Positions 61,016-64,000 of a stretch of DNA of 64,000 bases are shown here, piece by piece. A model generated the notes under the pieces. That model ran no database searches and was not told where the DNA came from. It saw only the letters and a list, made by a program, of their open reading frames with translations. The position numbers and the translations under genes were made by a program. Each line of letters opens with the position of its first letter. Positions within the stretch are counted from its first letter, which is position 1. Origin of the DNA: Eledone cirrhosa (Eukaryota); contig OZ024740.1 of assembly GCA_964016885.1 (NCBI GenBank), positions 313,038,001 through 313,102,000 on the forward strand, given 5' to 3'.

Positions 61016-61222
61016 TAATAATCGTTTCTGATTTAGGCACAAGGCCAGTAATTTTGGAGGAGGGGAAAATCGATTGAATCGAATCCAGTGTGTGACTGGT
61101 ACTTTATTTTATCGACTTCGTAAGGATGAAAGGCAAAGCTAACCTCGGCGAGATTTGAACCCAGAACGTAAAGGGCCGTAACTCAATGCCGCAAAGCATG
61201 TTGTCCGATGCTCTATCGATAC
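61016..61222 (-). mobile_element. tRNA-derived SINE with an inverted duplication at its 5' end
   Basis: Same core as 46155/49371; 61181-61208 recurs inverted at 61223-61250. Confidence 0.85.
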
Positions 61223-61906
61223 TCGGACAACATGCTTTGCGGCATTGAGTAAAATGTACGTTAGCTACCATATCTAAAGTAAACGGTACTCGACTGACAA
61301 CTTCAACAGAATTATGCCCCTTAATGTTACGTGTTGATTCTATATTTCCATGTGAAATATTTACGTAATTAAGTAATAGAGATATATGTGTGTATGTATT
61401 GAATTTTGACAGTAATGTTTGTAATTTTAAACTATCTATATTATCAGCATATTTGTTTGGGAAAACAATGAACTTTGCTATTATGTAATTTCATGTGCAT
61501 CATTTAATTCGATATGATAAATAAAAGATCACACACAAACCGTCCTTAATAGCATATAACACTAAATATAAACAAACAATTAAAATAACCACATAGGTGT
61601 GCTTTAAATGATTATAAAGATGCAGATGGTTTCAGTTTCACCCAGTGATGGATACAGGGAAGGGGGTTGGTTGGCTTGCCAGTAGGGACCTTAAATTATT
61701 ATTATTATTATTTTTTTTTGCTACTATAAATCACACACATCGGTCCCGATGAAAATTTCAAACGATCTCAATTCACGTCATTTGACAAACAAATACATCC
61801 CAGGAAATTAGAGTGACCTCCCTTGGTCCACACGTAACAAAATTATTTCTTTTGACTCCAGTTGTTGACTGTGAAATCTCATAAACAAAGGTCATCATAT
61901 TTATCA

Positions 61907-62105
61907 TACGAAGGTAGGCTGAAAAGTTCACGGGTTGACTATGAAGGAGTGATGCTAGAGCTGTGAAATCTTACGTGCATTAATTTCAACTCTTCTTATT
62001 AACTATATTGTTTCTTTTCAAGGACTATGTTGAAAAATAAACCTCATTTGGTCATTCCCTGAGAGTATCTTGGTCAGTCTATGAACTTTTCAGCCGACCC
62101 TCATA
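61907..62105 (+). mobile_element. Mariner-derived MITE
   Basis: TIRs TACGAAGGTAGGCTGAAAAGTTCA / TGAACTTTTCAGCCGACCCTCATA, TA ends; internal GACTATGTTGAAAAATAA = DYVEK*, the mariner transposase C-terminus. Confidence 0.85.
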
Positions 62106-62773
62106 TAATAGAAACAGATTGAAGCGCAGTTATTTGGCAATATTTTGTAACTATTTTAGTTTTTCATGCTGTTAAGAGTCACTAGTTATCTTAACAAATT
62201 ATTAGTATCATCATCATCCACTATACTTCAACAATGCAAGCTGTTATGGAAGTTCTCTTCTTCATCTCTCACTGCTCAATTCCTACCTGGTAATGATGTC
62301 TGCTGTTTTAGTAAAGTTCACTGTGTCTCATTACAAGAGTGAAGAAGAGTCATAAAAACCTTGTACAAAGTGAATTACATTTAACAATGTAATTTGTTAA
62401 ATGTCAGGGTTGCAAAATATCTCAAATGTGTGTGTTGATTTCAGCACAGCACTCATAGATTAGCAGAGTTGTTAGAGAATCAGTATTTAGCTACAGCCAT
62501 TTATGTTCTAACCCTTTACTATTTACATTACTTTATATTTTCACGGTAAACACTTTGTCTCGCATAATATTTAATCTATGAGATTTTGAGAATAATACCT
62601 TAATATCAGTATGAGCGACCAGTTACAACCGGTTTGAACAGAAAGGGGTGAGAGAATTCTGGCCAGATATGACCAGTTTAAATCTCACTGATGACAGCTT
62701 TGCCTTTTATTCTTCAGGGTTTGATGATCAATTAATTCCTACCATCATATTTCTGGCCTTGTTCCTATGTTCT

Positions 62774-63095
62774 GCTTCTTCGCTCACTTAATCCTGGGAG
62801 GGCCGAGGAGGCAAATCCTCAAACACTCCTTCCAGGGGTCCTATCAGAAGCAAATGTCTCCAACTGATTCGGTTGGATCCCCAAGTGAGATCAGCCAAGC
62901 TCATGGAAGTTATCCAATCATCTTGCTCGGGGTCTACCCCTGGGCCTCCTACCAGTTGTTTTTGCTCATAAAATCTGTCCAGCGATTCTTTCCTAAGACA
63001 TTCTAACCCCATGCCTGTAATATCAGAGCTGTGATCTCTCAATTCAGGGAAGTAGTGGCTCTACCTTGAGTGACTCTCTGATTTCTGTGCTGCAA
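62774..63095 (-). pseudogene. RTE LINE 3' end remnant
   Basis: Minus strand: EIRESLKVEPLL..IERSQL*Y...TGRRPRGRPRAR...LGIQPNQLETFASDR..., then a GAAGAAG tail. Confidence 0.8.
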
Positions 63096-63438
63096 CACAC
63101 TTACATGTAAGCAATTATTATTATCAGCACAACATAAGAAATTATCATTAAGGTGTAGATCCTAGAAACAGTAGGATATGTTCTAAATCTAAATAGAAAT
63201 CAACTTTGAATTTCTTCTCTCAAGCTCAATTAAATATGAGAGATCAGTTGAATAAACAATAACCCTCCTCTACAAATTTGAAGAATTAAACAAATGACTC
63301 AGTTACTGATCTCACCTCAATGTTAATATAGTTAAACAGTGATAGGTGTCATGTTTCAGGATGTTTCCAGAAGCAAGTTATATTTTAAGTGAGATACATA
63401 GAAAAATATGTTATCTATAGTCATACGATTATGGTAAG

Positions 63439-63590
63439 ATCAGGCTTCTGCTTGCTACTGTTACCATGTAACCCAGTATAACCTGTTTCATGGTTCGAGA
63501 CTAAATTGTCTCCCCCACCAGACTCTGGTTTGGTCAGGTCAGGTTTCTGCTTGCTACCATGTAGCCTAATACAACCTGCTTCATGGTCTA
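63439..63590. repeat. Diverged ~50-bp direct duplication spaced ~100 bp
   Basis: TCAGG(C/T)TTCTGCTTGCTA...CCATGTA..C..TA.AACCTG.TTCATGGT at ~63440 and ~63539. Confidence 0.6.
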
Positions 63591-64000
63591 CAGTAACGTT
63601 TAGGTGACAAAAGAAAATCTAAAGTGAGTCAGTTAATTTTTGTTGACAATAATAAAACAAATAATAATAAATTAATTAAAAGATAAAATGGAAAATAAAA
63701 TTGACAGTTCAAGACCACAGAACCCTACAACTAACATCACAGGAAGAGATGCAGAGTAGACAATGAATTATGAGAGTAAAAATATTTAAATAAATCAAAT
63801 TTATAGGGTTGAATGACTTGTGAGATTTGTAAGTGTTATTTCTTTTAATTTAATGTTTGGAAGATTAAAGACAAAGGTAATTTTTCTTTAACTATTGGAG
63901 TTATAATACTTTACTTGTAATAATCAAACAGATTTCTTAATAGATATTTGGCTCTATAAGCTGGGTTCAGGTACTTTAATGTAGGAACCAGTGGTGCATA

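Noticed and set aside
62200-64000. Possible host exons in unique AT-rich sequence (~62250-62355, ~63708-63775)
   Set aside because: Short open stretches with no homology I can recognise; needs RNA-seq.

Overview
This is eukaryotic, repeat-saturated DNA with no supportable host protein-coding gene. The (TA)n/(CA)n density and the tRNA-derived SINE family suggest an octopod/cephalopod genome (inference from recall, not searched). About 70% of the window is tandem repeat: a 55-bp minisatellite (1-2410), a 37.5-kb 51-bp satellite (8043-45537, ~733 units) and a second, unrelated 5.6-kb 51-bp satellite (~55276-60880). The main result is that both 51-bp arrays sit inside decayed non-LTR retrotransposon ORFs and were amplified in situ from them. 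The large array comes from the 'ESVLLYGSxTWTLT' segment of an RTE-type LINE, whose reading frame resumes after the array and ends in a (GAT)n tail. The small array comes from the C-terminus of a CR1/L2-type LINE. The large monomer carries a quasi-palindromic hairpin, signs of templated-inversion mutation, higher-order repeats and a stop-free antisense frame. Between (TA)n tracts lie several fold-back elements; two of them share a 27-codon tail with synonymous-biased divergence (probably Penelope-like). The remainder is SINEs, MITEs and LINE fragments. All long ORFs in the supplied track are explained by repeats.
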